Of a DNA stretch of 32,000 nucleotides, positions 1 to 12,473 are shown in pieces. The notes beneath the pieces were generated by a model. The model was not told where the DNA came from, searched no databases, and saw nothing but the letters and a program-made list of their open reading frames with translations. This DNA comes from Candidatus Saccharimonas sp. (GTDB lineage: Bacteria; Patescibacteriota; Saccharimonadia; Saccharimonadales; Saccharimonadaceae): positions 450,001-482,000 of the forward strand of contig CP076101.2 of NCBI GenBank assembly GCA_015256915.3, in the 5' to 3' direction. The number at the start of each line of letters is the position of its first letter. Positions within the stretch are counted from its first letter, which is position 1. The translations under genes were made by a program, and so were the position numbers.

Positions 1-3000
1 AAATGGCATTCGAATTGCAGATTTCTCAACCTCGCCGAGAACCAAAATTATCTCACTCATACCTGGGAATTTTCCACAGATCTTCTTTACTGAAAGCAAT
101 GATTCATGATCACTTGGATTTTTAATATGTACGAAGACTCTTTGTATTTTTTCAGCTTGATAGTTTTCTGCTGATCTCGACGGATTTGATGTCGACTTTT
201 CTGAAGATCTATTCAAAACCGCACTGCTATTATTTTTAGGAGTAAATGCTTTTTTCTGTATATTTGAAACATTTTGCGAAACTGTTTTCGTTTGAGGAAC
301 TTTTCTCGCCTTTAAGTCATCTGCCCTACGACCAGTAGATTCATAATTTTCCAATTCTTCATCTGTTATTATCGAAACTGTTTCTGCTATAATCTGAGCA
401 TCAGATTTTAAATTACCTTCCCTATCGCGGGCGGAAATTTTTCCTTCAATTTTTAAAACCGCATCAATTTTAAGCTTTTCGCTAATTTCAGAATAAAGAT
501 TCGGGAAGATAATCACCTCTCCTTCAGAAGTTTTGTCTTCCATCTTCACAAACGCCATTTTTGTTCCAGATTTCGTTATAATCGTTCGAATATCAATCAC
601 AATTCCACCAATAGTCGCTTTTTGACCGTCAGTATTCGGTTGAACCTGTGAAAGTGGCTGAGTTTGCTCTTCGAAATATTTAACATATCTGTCGAGTGGA
701 TGCGCTGAGACGTAAAGCCCTAAAAGCTCACGCTCCCAAGTTAGACGCTCCTTGTCGGTGTGTTGTTTCGGCGCGTTGATTAATTCAATTGATGATTCAA
801 CTCGCATATCTTCAGCACCCGCAAAGCCGAATAAATCAGTCTGGCCTGAAAGTGCCTCTTTTTGAGATTTCGAACCATATTCCTGGATTCTTTCAAGATT
901 AAAAAGCAAATCTGAGCGAGTTCCAAATTGGTCAAAAGCCCCAGTCATAATTAATGAATCCCAGGCCTTTTTATTAAATTGGCGGGCGTTAACACGTTTT
1001 GCAAAATCTAAAATTGAAGTAAATTTACCGTCAGCTTTTCGAGCATTCAAAACTGCATCAACTGCACCACTACCAACAGCCTTCACCGCTAAAAGACCAA
1101 AACGAATTTTATTCTCGTGTGGTACAATTGCAAAATCCTTGAATGATTCATTTACATCTGGACCAAGAACCTCAATTCCCATAGAACGGCATTCGGCAAT
1201 CTCAATCGCTAAACGGTCGGTGTCATCAGAGTCGGCTGTCATTAATGCCGCCATGAAAGCATCTGGGTAATGTGCCTTAATATAAGCTGTCCAATAGGCA
1301 ATTAAAGCATAGCACGCCGCATGCGACTTATTGAAACAATAGTTAGCAAATTCCTCCAAATGTTCCCAGAAAGCCTCAACTTTTCCTCGGTCGGCGTTAG
1401 AATGTTTTACTGCTCCTTCAATAAACTCGCCCTTCATTTTCTTCATCAAGTCGATTTTCTTTTTACCCACGGCCTTTCGAAGCGTATCCGCCTGACCACC
1501 AGTAAATCCGCAAACTTCCTTCGAAATCTGCATAAATTGCTCCTGATAAACCAAAATTCCATAAGTATTTTTAAGAGCATTCTCCATATGATCTTCATAG
1601 TAAGTAACTGGCTCTTCACCGTGTTTTCGAGCAATAAATTTTGGAATTTCGCTCATTGGCCCAGGTCGATAAAGTGCAACCATGGCGATAATATCTTCAA
1701 ACTTTGAAGGTTTAAGCTCCCGCAGATATCGCTTCATTCCAGCGGATTCAAGCTGAAAAACACCGGTTGAATCACCACGAGCTAATAATTCATAAGCTTT
1801 TTTATCATCAAGGCCAAGTTTCGAAAGGTCAAGGTCAATACCATATGTTTTTTTGACAATTTTTTGCGCAGTTGAAATAATTGAAAGGTTTTTAAGTCCC
1901 AAAAAGTCCATTTTTAAAAGACCTAAATCTTCAACCTGGCCCATCGGAACTTGAGTTGCCACAACACCTTTTTGTGCCATTTCAAGAGGTAGATATTTCA
2001 CCAAATCGTCTGGCGCGATCACAACGCCACAAGCATGAACACCGTGGTTTCGAATCGTACCTTCAAGCTGCATTGCAAAATCATAAACAGTTTTAGCAGT
2101 TGGATTAGTTTCATATTCATGCTTTAAATCTTGGTCATTTTCGAGCGAAACTCGAAGTGGTATATGGCGGCCTTGGTTTGGATCTGGAACTAATTTAGCC
2201 ATACGATCGGCTTCAGAATAAGGAACCTCCAAAACTCGCGCCACATCTCGCACGGCGTTTTTCGCCATCATTTTACCAAAAGTCGCAATATTCGCCACAC
2301 GATCAATACCATACTTATCAGTACAATATTGAATAACCTCATTTCGACGCGTATCTTGAATGTCAACATCGATGTCTGGCATTGAAATTCGATCAGGATT
2401 TAAAAACCTTTCAAAAAGCAAGTCATATTCAAGCGGATCAAGATCAGTAATATGCAGAGCATAAGCAATAATCGAACCAGCAGCCGAACCTCGCCCTGGC
2501 CCAAAAACAATTCCTTGAGACTTTCCCCAGTTAATAAAATCTTGCACAATCAAGAAATAACCATTATAACCCATTCCATCCAGAACACCAAGCTCCATAT
2601 CAACTCGCTCAATAACTTCTTTCGAAAGTTTCTTACGAATTTCAGGAATCGTCATCTTCTTCACTTCATCAACAGGAATTCCAGCATATCTTTCACCTAA
2701 ACCTTGAAAAACTAACTTATCTAAAAAGCCTTTTTCACTTTCTTCACCTTCTGGAAGTGGAAATTTTGGAATTAAAATCTTACCAAATTCAAACTCAAAA
2801 TTAACTTTTTCTGCAATTTTTTTGGTATTCAAAATGATTTCAGGGTCAACTTTTCCCCATCGCTCGATAATATCTCTCGGGTCAGTGACAAAAAGGTCAA
2901 ATTCTTTTAGACTCATTCGCTTTTCGTCATTTAAGTATGAGCCCGTTCCGACACAAAGAAGGATTTCATGCGCATCTTGATTTTCATGGGTTAAATAGTG

Positions 3001-3690
3001 TGAATCGCAAGTTACAACCATTGGAATATCAAGTTCTTCATGAAGCCTAAATAGACCGTCATTAATTTCTTTTTGAACCTCCCAGTGATTAGGGCATTCT
3101 GGGTGACCATGGTCTTGTAATTCAAGATAAAAATCTTCACCGTAAACCGATTTGTACCAGTTAGCGAGTTCTTTTGCTTTTTCGAAATCTCCAGCCCGAA
3201 TTGATTCTGAAATTTCAGAACCAGCACAGCCACTCAAGCAAATAATGCCTTCTGAATGCTCTGCCATAATATCATGATCTATTCGCGGTTTATAATATTG
3301 ACCCTCAACCCAAGCCTTGGTTGTAAGTGAGCATAAATTCTGCCAACCAATTTGGTTTTTTGCCAACAAGACTAAGTGATAACGCGGTTTATCGTAGGAT
3401 GGATCTCGATCAAAGCGAGTTCGTGCTGCAACATAAGCCTCAATTCCTAAAATAGGCTTAACACCTTTTGAAGTTGCCTCTTTAAAGAATTCGATAGCAC
3501 CAGACATTGTCCCATGGTCAGTTATAGCCACAGCTTCCATTCCACTCGCTTTAACATTGTCAACCAAATCGTCAATTTTAGTTAAGCCATCAAGCAGTGA
3601 GTGATAAGTATGCGTATGTAAATGCACAAAATCACTCGGAACAAGTTCTTCAAAAGTTTTTGTTGTTTTTATTTTCTCCTCCAATTCCAT
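1..3690 (-). CDS. dnaE: DNA polymerase III alpha subunit (DnaE); N-terminal 1230 codons, C-terminus runs off the left window edge
   Basis: Hand translation of the minus strand from ATG at 3690 is uninterrupted down to position 1. It reads MELEEKIKTTKTFEELVPSDFVHLHTHTYHSLLDG (PHP domain), then GPGRGSAAGS, MPDIDVDI, GVFQLESAGM and LYRPGPM. An in-frame TAA lies 4 codons upstream of the ATG. The ORF is absent from the track only because no stop lies inside the window. Confidence 0.93.
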   Translation of the reverse strand, partial: MELEEKIKTTKTFEELVPSDFVHLHTHTYHSLLDGLTKIDDLVDNVKASGMEAVAITDHGTMSGAIEFFKEATSKGVKPILGIEAYVAARTRFDRDPSYDKPRYHLVLLAKNQIGWQNLCSLTTKAWVEGQYYKPRIDHDIMAEHSEGIICLSGCAGSEISESIRAGDFEKAKELANWYKSVYGEDFYLELQDHGHPECPNHWEVQKEINDGLFRLHEELDIPMVVTCDSHYLTHENQDAHEILLCVGTGSYLNDEKRMSLKEFDLFVTDPRDIIERWGKVDPEIILNTKKIAEKVNFEFEFGKILIPKFPLPEGEESEKGFLDKLVFQGLGERYAGIPVDEVKKMTIPEIRKKLSKEVIERVDMELGVLDGMGYNGYFLIVQDFINWGKSQGIVFGPGRGSAAGSIIAYALHITDLDPLEYDLLFERFLNPDRISMPDIDVDIQDTRRNEVIQYCTDKYGIDRVANIATFGKMMAKNAVRDVARVLEVPYSEADRMAKLVPDPNQGRHIPLRVSLENDQDLKHEYETNPTAKTVYDFAMQLEGTIRNHGVHACGVVIAPDDLVKYLPLEMAQKGVVATQVPMGQVEDLGLLKMDFLGLKNLSIISTAQKIVKKTYGIDLDLSKLGLDDKKAYELLARGDSTGVFQLESAGMKRYLRELKPSKFEDIIAMVALYRPGPMSEIPKFIARKHGEEPVTYYEDHMENALKNTYGILVYQEQFMQISKEVCGFTGGQADTLRKAVGKKKIDLMKKMKGEFIEGAVKHSNADRGKVEAFWEHLEEFANYCFNKSHAACYALIAYWTAYIKAHYPDAFMAALMTADSDDTDRLAIEIAECRSMGIEVLGPDVNESFKDFAIVPHENKIRFGLLAVKAVGSGAVDAVLNARKADGKFTSILDFAKRVNARQFNKKAWDSLIMTGAFDQFGTRSDLLFNLERIQEYGSKSQKEALSGQTDLFGFAGAEDMRVESSIELINAPKQHTDKERLTWERELLGLYVSAHPLDRYVKYFEEQTQPLSQVQPNTDGQKATIGGIVIDIRTIITKSGTKMAFVKMEDKTSEGEVIIFPNLYSEISEKLKIDAVLKIEGKISARDREGNLKSDAQIIAETVSIITDEELENYESTGRRADDLKARKVPQTKTVSQNVSNIQKKAFTPKNNSSAVLNRSSEKSTSNPSRSAENYQAEKIQRVFVHIKNPSDHESLLSVKKICGKFPGMSEIILVLGEVEKSAIRMPF

Positions 3691-3698
3691 ATATTTAT

Positions 3699-3728
3699 AT
3701 TATATCATACTCTCAATTATTTTTTCAA
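3699..3728 (-). promoter_or_regulatory. dnaE promoter: TTGAAA-N18-TGaTATAAT, with the -10 ending 8 nt before the ATG
   Basis: Minus strand reads TTGAAAAAATAATTGAGAGTATGATATAATATAAATATATGG. There is no Shine-Dalgarno between the -10 and the start codon. Confidence 0.55.
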
Positions 3729-3742
3729 CAAATCTCAACACG

Positions 3743-3770
3743 AAAAAACTCCACCGGTTAGGAGGAGTTT
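3743..3770 (-). terminator. Intrinsic terminator after 5S rRNA
   Basis: Minus strand AAACTCC-TCCTAACCGGT-GGAGTTT followed by TTTTCG. Confidence 0.55.
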
Positions 3771-3777
3771 CTTATAA

Positions 3778-3886
3778 TTCGGCACCGTGCTATTTTCCCA
3801 CTTTCGTAGTATGCTCGCCGCTACTGGGCTTAACTTCTGTGTTCGGAATGAGAACAGGTGTTTCCCCAGCGCCATGGGCACCGAAA
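3778..3886 (-). rRNA. rrf: 5S ribosomal RNA (short, about 106-109 nt)
   Basis: Minus strand TCGGTGCCCATGGCGCTGGGGAAACACCTGTTCTCATTCCGAACACAGAAGTTAAGCCCAGTAGCGGCGAGCATACTACGAAAGTGGGAAAATAGCACGGTGCCGA. It has the conserved CCGAAC and AGTTAAGC loop motifs and the ends pair. Boundaries are good to a few nt. Confidence 0.85.
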
Positions 3887-4074
3887 AAAGGTTTTGCGCT
3901 TCAACTCGCCACAAATTCCTAAGCGGTGAGCCAAAACCTCATTTCGATGTCCTTGGTATCATTTGGTAATGCCAAGATTTTAGATTGACTAGCGATTATC
4001 TTTGATAATCACCAAACACTAGTTAAGTCTACCATATTCACGCCAATAATACAAGATTATTTTAATGAATATGG

Positions 4075-7182
<3,108 letters not shown>

Positions 7183-7345
7183 TAACTAGTAATTGGTAAC
7201 AACCAATACTTGCCGTCAATCTTAAATTCTTATCTTCTTTTACATCACCAAATTGTTAAATTTCTCGCTCCCATTTTAAGAGCAAAACCATAAGTTCAAC
7301 TTTCGAAAGATTCGAACTCACTATCCTGATCTTAAACGCTTTACT

Positions 7346-7374
7346 ATTATATATTTTTGAATATTTTTTGTCAA
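7346..7374 (-). promoter_or_regulatory. Perfect sigma70-type consensus promoter (TTGACA-N17-TATAAT) about 165 nt upstream of the 23S 5' end
   Basis: Minus strand TTGACAAAAAATATTCAAAAATATATAATAGTAAAGCGTTTAAG. The sequence after the -10 resembles that of the 16S promoter. Confidence 0.7.
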
Positions 7375-7480
7375 TAGTTTTTTGCAATTTTATTTATTTT
7401 CTATTAAAATGCATTTTCTACTGATTTAATAAATATTCTCTCCTGAGAGGTTCAGGATGAACGTTCGCTAAGTAAATACT

Positions 7481-7509
7481 ATTATATATTATTTTACATT
7501 TGAATGCAA
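7481..7509 (-). promoter_or_regulatory. Second promoter upstream of 23S (TTGCAT-N17-TATAAT)
   Basis: Minus strand CTCTTGCATTCAAATGTAAAATAATATATAATAGTATTT. It lies immediately downstream of the tRNA-Ile terminator. Confidence 0.6.
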
Positions 7510-7526
7510 GAGTTTTTAAAAGTTTT

Positions 7527-7555
7527 ACAAAATAAAAACACTCCCTCTTGGGAGT
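7527..7555 (-). terminator. Intrinsic terminator directly after tRNA-Ile
   Basis: Minus strand ACTCCC-AAGA-GGGAGT followed by GTTTTTATTTTG. Confidence 0.65.
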
Positions 7556-7559
7556 TCTA

Positions 7560-7636
7560 TGGTGGGCGATGAGGGACTTGAACCTCCGACCTCGTCATTA
7601 TCAGTGACGCGCTCTAACCAGCTGAGCTAATCGCCC
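7560..7636 (-). tRNA. tRNA-Ile (anticodon GAU), CCA encoded
   Basis: GGGCGATTAGCTCAGCTGGTTAGAGCGCGTCACTGATAATGACGAGGTCGGAGGTTCAAGTCCCTCATCGCCCACCA. It folds as a cloverleaf with anticodon loop CTGATAA. The T stem GGAGG/CCCTC has one A-C mismatch. Confidence 0.9.
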
Positions 7637-7689
7637 ATATTCGGCTTTTTGCCAAAGAGAACTTTCGAAAAATATTCAAAAGCTTTCTT

Positions 7690-7764
7690 TGGTGGAGATA
7701 CAGGGACTCGAACCCTGGACCCCTGCTTACAAACAGGTGCTCTAGCCAACTGAGCTATATCCCC
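7690..7764 (-). tRNA. tRNA with Ala-type body (G3:U70, A73) but a non-canonical 16-nt anticodon arm containing UGU; CCA encoded
   Basis: GGGGATATAGCTCAGTTGGCTAGAGCACCTGTTTGTAAGCAGGGGTCCAGGGTTCGAGTCCCTGTATCTCCACCA. Acceptor, D and T arms are canonical. The anticodon arm CCTGTTTGTAAGCAGG is one nt short of the usual 17. See findings. Confidence 0.75.
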
Positions 7765-7786
7765 AGATTTTAACGAATACTATAAT

Positions 7787-7815
7787 AGTATATATTATTT
7801 ATTAATAAAATGCAA
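7787..7815 (-). promoter_or_regulatory. Promoter upstream of the tRNA pair (TTGCAT-N17-TATACT)
   Basis: Minus strand CTCTTGCATTTTATTAATAAATAATATATACTATTATAG. It shares the AAAAACTCTTGCAT upstream word with the 7481-7509 promoter. Confidence 0.5.
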
Positions 7816-7828
7816 GAGTTTTTTTCTT

Positions 7829-7863
7829 ATTAATAAAAATAGCCAATCTTTCGAAAGGCTATT
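7829..7863 (-). terminator. Terminator-like hairpin downstream of 16S
   Basis: Minus strand AATAGCC-TTTCGAAAGATT-GGCTATT followed by TTTATTAAT. Confidence 0.5.
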
Positions 7864-7868
7864 TAGTT

Positions 7869-7888
7869 TTAACAATTTAATTGTGCAA
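7869..7888 (-). repeat. 3' arm of the 16S processing stem, perfect 20-nt complement of 9597-9616
   Basis: Plus strand ttaacaatttaattgtgcaa is the exact reverse complement of ttgcacaattaaattgttaa at 9597-9616. The two arms bracket the 16S gene. Confidence 0.8.
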
Positions 7889-8022
7889 TCTATCTCAATC
7901 TGTGGTAAATTTTAGTCTTACCTTTAGAAGGCTAAATTCGAAAGTAAAATTTACAGAAACTTTCGAAAAGACCGACCTAGCTTCAAAGGTTGATTTCTCA
8001 AACCTTTGGCATAACTCTCCCT

Positions 8023-9550
<1,528 letters not shown>

Positions 9551-9596
9551 AAAGAATTATCAAATTGATAATCTATAAAATAGACTGACGATAAAT

Positions 9597-9616
9597 TTGC
9601 ACAATTAAATTGTTAA
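9597..9616 (-). repeat. 5' arm of the 16S processing stem
   Basis: Exact reverse complement of 7869-7888. It lies in the leader between the promoter and the mature 16S 5' end. RNase III (rnc) is encoded in this window. Confidence 0.8.
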
Positions 9617-9664
9617 AGTGTTCGCTAAACTCCGTTTTTTACTCCATTTGTTTAACGCTATACT

Positions 9665-9693
9665 ATTTTACCTAATTTTTTTTATAATGTCAA
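9665..9693 (-). promoter_or_regulatory. 16S promoter (TTGACA-N17-TAAAAT)
   Basis: Minus strand CTGTTGACATTATAAAAAAAATTAGGTAAAATAGTATAGCGTTAAAC. Confidence 0.7.
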
Positions 9694-9723
9694 CAGTTTT
9701 TTGGAACTTTTTTAAAGTTTTTT

Positions 9724-9754
9724 CAAAAAAAGAAAACCTCGCATTTTTGCGAGG
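9724..9754 (-). terminator. Intrinsic terminator of the 116-aa ORF
   Basis: Minus strand CCTCGCAAAAATGCGAGG followed by TTTTCTTTTTTT. Confidence 0.75.
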
Positions 9755-9780
9755 TATAAGGATTTTTCGAAAGCCAAAAA

Positions 9781-10131
9781 TTATTCAAAAAAGCTCAAAC
9801 TACGATATCCGATGAAACTACCATCTTCACCATATGCAGATTCACCAACTATCAATAAATCAGAAATTGTCCGGCCTTCAGCTCTTGCGGTATACGCAAT
9901 CTCAAAATCTACAATATAGAGTATACCAACCTTGAAGGGCGGTAAATCTCTTATTTCAATAGATTCAACCTTTGACATTGGAACCCCTCCAAGTGCTCCA
10001 TTGTCGGAGATCTCAATCTCTATTTTAGGACTATAACATTCTGATACAATTTTTAATATAGTTATATTGTCTTCATCTACAATATTAATTGTATGCTTCG
10101 TAAGATTAAAGATTTCAATATTGGCCATCAT
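9781..10131 (-). CDS. Hypothetical protein, 116 aa
   Basis: ORF-track frame, but the start is moved to the ATGATG preceded by AAGGAGGTCATA (MMANIEIFNLTKHTINIV...). I recognise no family. Confidence 0.6.
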   Translation of the reverse strand: MMANIEIFNLTKHTINIVDEDNITILKIVSECYSPKIEIEISDNGALGGVPMSKVESIEIRDLPPFKVGILYIVDFEIAYTARAEGRTISDLLIVGESAYGEDGSFIGYRSLSFFE

Positions 10132-10232
10132 TATGACCTCCTTTTTTTCCATTTTTGCTTTTCAGCACCGAATCCATAATTTTTTATAGACTCAGCGCCA
10201 AAAAGCAAACTTCAAAAGAGTTTTTTAGCTTT

Positions 10233-10283
10233 CGAAAAATAAAATGTACGAACTATAACTTTTAAAAGCTTAATTCGTACATT
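10233..10283 (-). terminator. lysS intrinsic terminator
   Basis: Minus strand AATGTACGAA, a 21-nt loop, TTCGTACATT, then TTTATTTTT. It lies 34 nt after the lysS stop. Confidence 0.7.
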
Positions 10284-10316
10284 ATTTTAACATATTTCTT
10301 GAAAAAAGTCAATATA

Positions 10317-11828
10317 CTAGAGATTTAACTCTGGGTAAATATCTTTCGTAATTTCTGAGATTTCATACTTCAATTGTGGGAAAGGTACGCCTTCGCGTGC
10401 AGTAACACCTTCGAAAATCCAAAAGACACGCTCTGAATATCCCATTCCACAAGCTGGCGGCATTCCGTATTCTAGCATCTCAACATAATCAATATCAAGC
10501 ATCATCGCTTCATCATCACCGTTATCTCGCATTTTTTGTTGTTCAACAAAACGATTCAGCTGGTCAATTGGATCGTTCAATTCGCTAAATAAATTACACA
10601 ACTCTGAACCCGCAATCACAACTTGTGCTCGCTGCGTCATTTCTGGTGAATCTGGATGAGTCTTTGCGAGTGGTGAAATAAATGTCGGCGTATTAACCAA
10701 CCAAATTGGTCCAACAACATCTTTTCGAATATTTTTCCATAGTTTATCAATTCCACGAGCTTTATTTTCAGTCTGTTCAACCTCTAAATTATTAGCTTTC
10801 AAAGCCGCTTTAACTTCTTCAAGCGAACAATTGTAAGGATTTAGACCATATCGTTTTTCGATAGTTTCAGCATAATCCCATTCCTCCCACTTTTTCGAAA
10901 GGTCAACATCAAAACTACCAAGCTTAAATTGTAAAGTTCCAAAAGTTTGCTCCAGAACATATTTAAACATCTCTTCTTGAAACTTCAAACCATCTCGCCA
11001 ATCCCAGTAAGCCGCATACCATTCCATCGCAATGTGCTCAGGCAAATGTTCATCTGAATAATTTTCATTTCGAAAGCGTGGGCCAAGATCATACACTTTT
11101 TCAAAACCAGCACCAAGCAAACGCTTTAACGGCAACTCATGACTAATTCGAAGATAAAATTGTGCATTATCAAGTGCATCCATATGTGTTACAAATGGAT
11201 TAGCGTCAGCCCCACCAGTTGTATGTTCGAGAACGGGAATATTGATTTCAAAGAAGCCTCTTGCGTTCAAAAAATCGCGTGTTGCTTGCCAAAACTTCGA
11301 ACGGCGCACAAAACGATCACGAACTTCAATATTTACGTTCATATCAACATAACGCCTTCGAAAACGCTCTTCCTTATTCGTAAAACCATCTTGCTCAGTT
11401 GGCATCGGGCGAAGAGATTTAGAAAGAAGCTTTAACTCTTGTGTTTCAACTGAAATTTCACCAGTTTTCGAACGAATCACTCTTCCGTTCGCCTGAACAA
11501 AATCGCCAACATCAAGTAGATTTAGATCTTTCAAACCAATTAGATTCTGATCTTTCGAGGTTTCAGCTATATTTTGAGCCGTGATAAAAAGCTGAATTTT
11601 CCCTGAAAAATCCCGCAGAACAATAAAAGCAAGTTTTCCAAATTTGCGAATTCCAGCAATTCGCCCAGCAATTTTCACTTCTCGGCCTTCCATTTTTTCG
11701 AAATTATTCACAATTTCGCCAGCCATTGCCGTTCGTTCGGTTTTGGCAGGATATGGATTTAGCCCAAGATTTTTAATTTCTTCTAATTTTCTCAATCGCT
11801 CTTCGCGTAATTCTTTCATTGTAGCCAT
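10317..11828 (-). CDS. lysS: Lysine--tRNA ligase, class II
   Basis: Translation has an N-terminal OB anticodon-binding domain and class II catalytic-core motifs (FRNE, GGA, GMGYSER-like). Start set at MATMKEL because the track start lies inside the promoter -10 region. Confidence 0.92.
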   Translation of the reverse strand: MATMKELREERLRKLEEIKNLGLNPYPAKTERTAMAGEIVNNFEKMEGREVKIAGRIAGIRKFGKLAFIVLRDFSGKIQLFITAQNIAETSKDQNLIGLKDLNLLDVGDFVQANGRVIRSKTGEISVETQELKLLSKSLRPMPTEQDGFTNKEERFRRRYVDMNVNIEVRDRFVRRSKFWQATRDFLNARGFFEINIPVLEHTTGGADANPFVTHMDALDNAQFYLRISHELPLKRLLGAGFEKVYDLGPRFRNENYSDEHLPEHIAMEWYAAYWDWRDGLKFQEEMFKYVLEQTFGTLQFKLGSFDVDLSKKWEEWDYAETIEKRYGLNPYNCSLEEVKAALKANNLEVEQTENKARGIDKLWKNIRKDVVGPIWLVNTPTFISPLAKTHPDSPEMTQRAQVVIAGSELCNLFSELNDPIDQLNRFVEQQKMRDNGDDEAMMLDIDYVEMLEYGMPPACGMGYSERVFWIFEGVTAREGVPFPQLKYEISEITKDIYPELNL

Positions 11829-11839
11829 AATTAACTCAT

Positions 11840-11868
11840 ATTTTAGCATATTTTCGATTTTTTTTCAA
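11840..11868 (-). promoter_or_regulatory. lysS promoter (TTGAAA-N17-TGcTAAAAT), with the -10 ending 11 nt before the ATG
   Basis: Minus strand TTGAAAAAAAATCGAAAATATGCTAAAATATGAGTTAATTATGGCT. Confidence 0.55.
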
Positions 11869-11883
11869 TTTTATAAAAAATAC

Positions 11884-11912
11884 TTGACTTTTTTATTTTT
11901 TAGTGATATTAT
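11884..11912 (+). promoter_or_regulatory. Promoter of the 38-aa ORF unit (TTGACT-N17-TGaTATTAT)
   Basis: TTGACTTTTTTATTTTTTAGTGATATTATA. Confidence 0.6.
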
Positions 11913-11953
11913 ATAAAAATCAGTCCACGGACTTAAAAACAGGAGGAATGCCA

Positions 11954-12070
11954 ATGGCAGAAAATGCAGTACATTCATCAACCGGTGGCCGCCCACATCA
12001 ATCTCAGCAAAAAGAATCTTCATCATCCTTGAATAGAGTTCCCCATTGGGACTCAGCTGAAGAGAGATAA
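11954..12070 (+). CDS. Small hydrophilic ORF, 38 aa (MAENAVHSSTGGRPHQSQQKESSSSLNRVPHWDSAEER); could instead be part of a small RNA
   Basis: AGGAGG lies 7 nt upstream of the ATG. The unit has its own promoter and its own terminator. It is below the ORF-track size cutoff. Confidence 0.45.
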   Translation: MAENAVHSSTGGRPHQSQQKESSSSLNRVPHWDSAEER

Positions 12071-12087
12071 GGATCCGCTGCACTTCA

Positions 12088-12117
12088 CCCTCGAAAATTT
12101 TCGAGGGCTTTTTATTT
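12088..12117 (+). terminator. Intrinsic terminator of the small ORF unit
   Basis: CCCTCGAAAATTTTCGAGGG followed by CTTTTTATTT. Confidence 0.8.
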
Positions 12118-12144
12118 GACTTTATTTATTTTTTATGTTATTAT
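12116..12144 (+). promoter_or_regulatory. Promoter of the 87-aa ORF (TTGACT-N17-TGtTATTAT)
   Basis: TTGACTTTATTTATTTTTTATGTTATTATAG. It is near-identical in layout to the 11884-11912 promoter. Confidence 0.6.
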
Positions 12145-12191
12145 AGTGAAATCCCATAGCCGAAAGGCTTAAAATTATTGGAGGTACCTTT

Positions 12192-12455
12192 ATGTTTCTT
12201 AGGCATGATATTGTACAGGTTCTATTTAGTAAAGACCAAAAAGGTAATTCTTGTATAACTATTGCAACAATAAAAAAAGTATTACCAGAACAAAAATGCG
12301 CTATTCTTGAAGGAGTAATATCTTATCGGGGAAAATTTCCGCTTAAAGCTTCAGAGTGTGCGTCCACCGTAGAAGAGGGTGCGAAAATCTCACTCAAGAG
12401 GCTTGTAAGAATTAATAAAAATGATATGCCCCCCATCTTGTCCATTATAGAATAG
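12192..12455 (+). CDS. Hypothetical protein, 87 aa
   Basis: ORF track. GGAGGT lies 7 nt upstream of the ATG. Flanked by its own promoter and a terminator. No family recognised. Confidence 0.55.
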   Translation: MFLRHDIVQVLFSKDQKGNSCITIATIKKVLPEQKCAILEGVISYRGKFPLKASECASTVEEGAKISLKRLVRINKNDMPPILSIIE

Positions 12456-12473
12456 AGTAGCACAAAAATAACT

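Noticed and set aside
1-3690. No long ORF in the supplied track over a region that looks like dnaE. I considered an alternative genetic code (UGA recoding, as in some CPR lineages) or a pseudogene.
   Set aside because: Hand translation with the standard code is uninterrupted for 1230 codons from ATG 3690 to position 1. The track simply omits ORFs that lack a stop inside the window. The other genes here also read cleanly with the standard code.
9618-9815. 65-aa plus-strand ORF upstream of the 16S gene.
   Set aside because: It spans the 16S promoter, a terminator hairpin and the 3' end of the convergent 116-aa ORF. It has no Shine-Dalgarno, and its low-complexity Phe/Lys-rich translation is typical of AT-rich noise.
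11871-12083. 70-aa minus-strand ORF in the lysS-glgP gap.
   Set aside because: It is antisense to a unit with clear plus-strand promoter, SD and terminator signals. It has no SD or promoter of its own and would run into the divergent lysS promoter.
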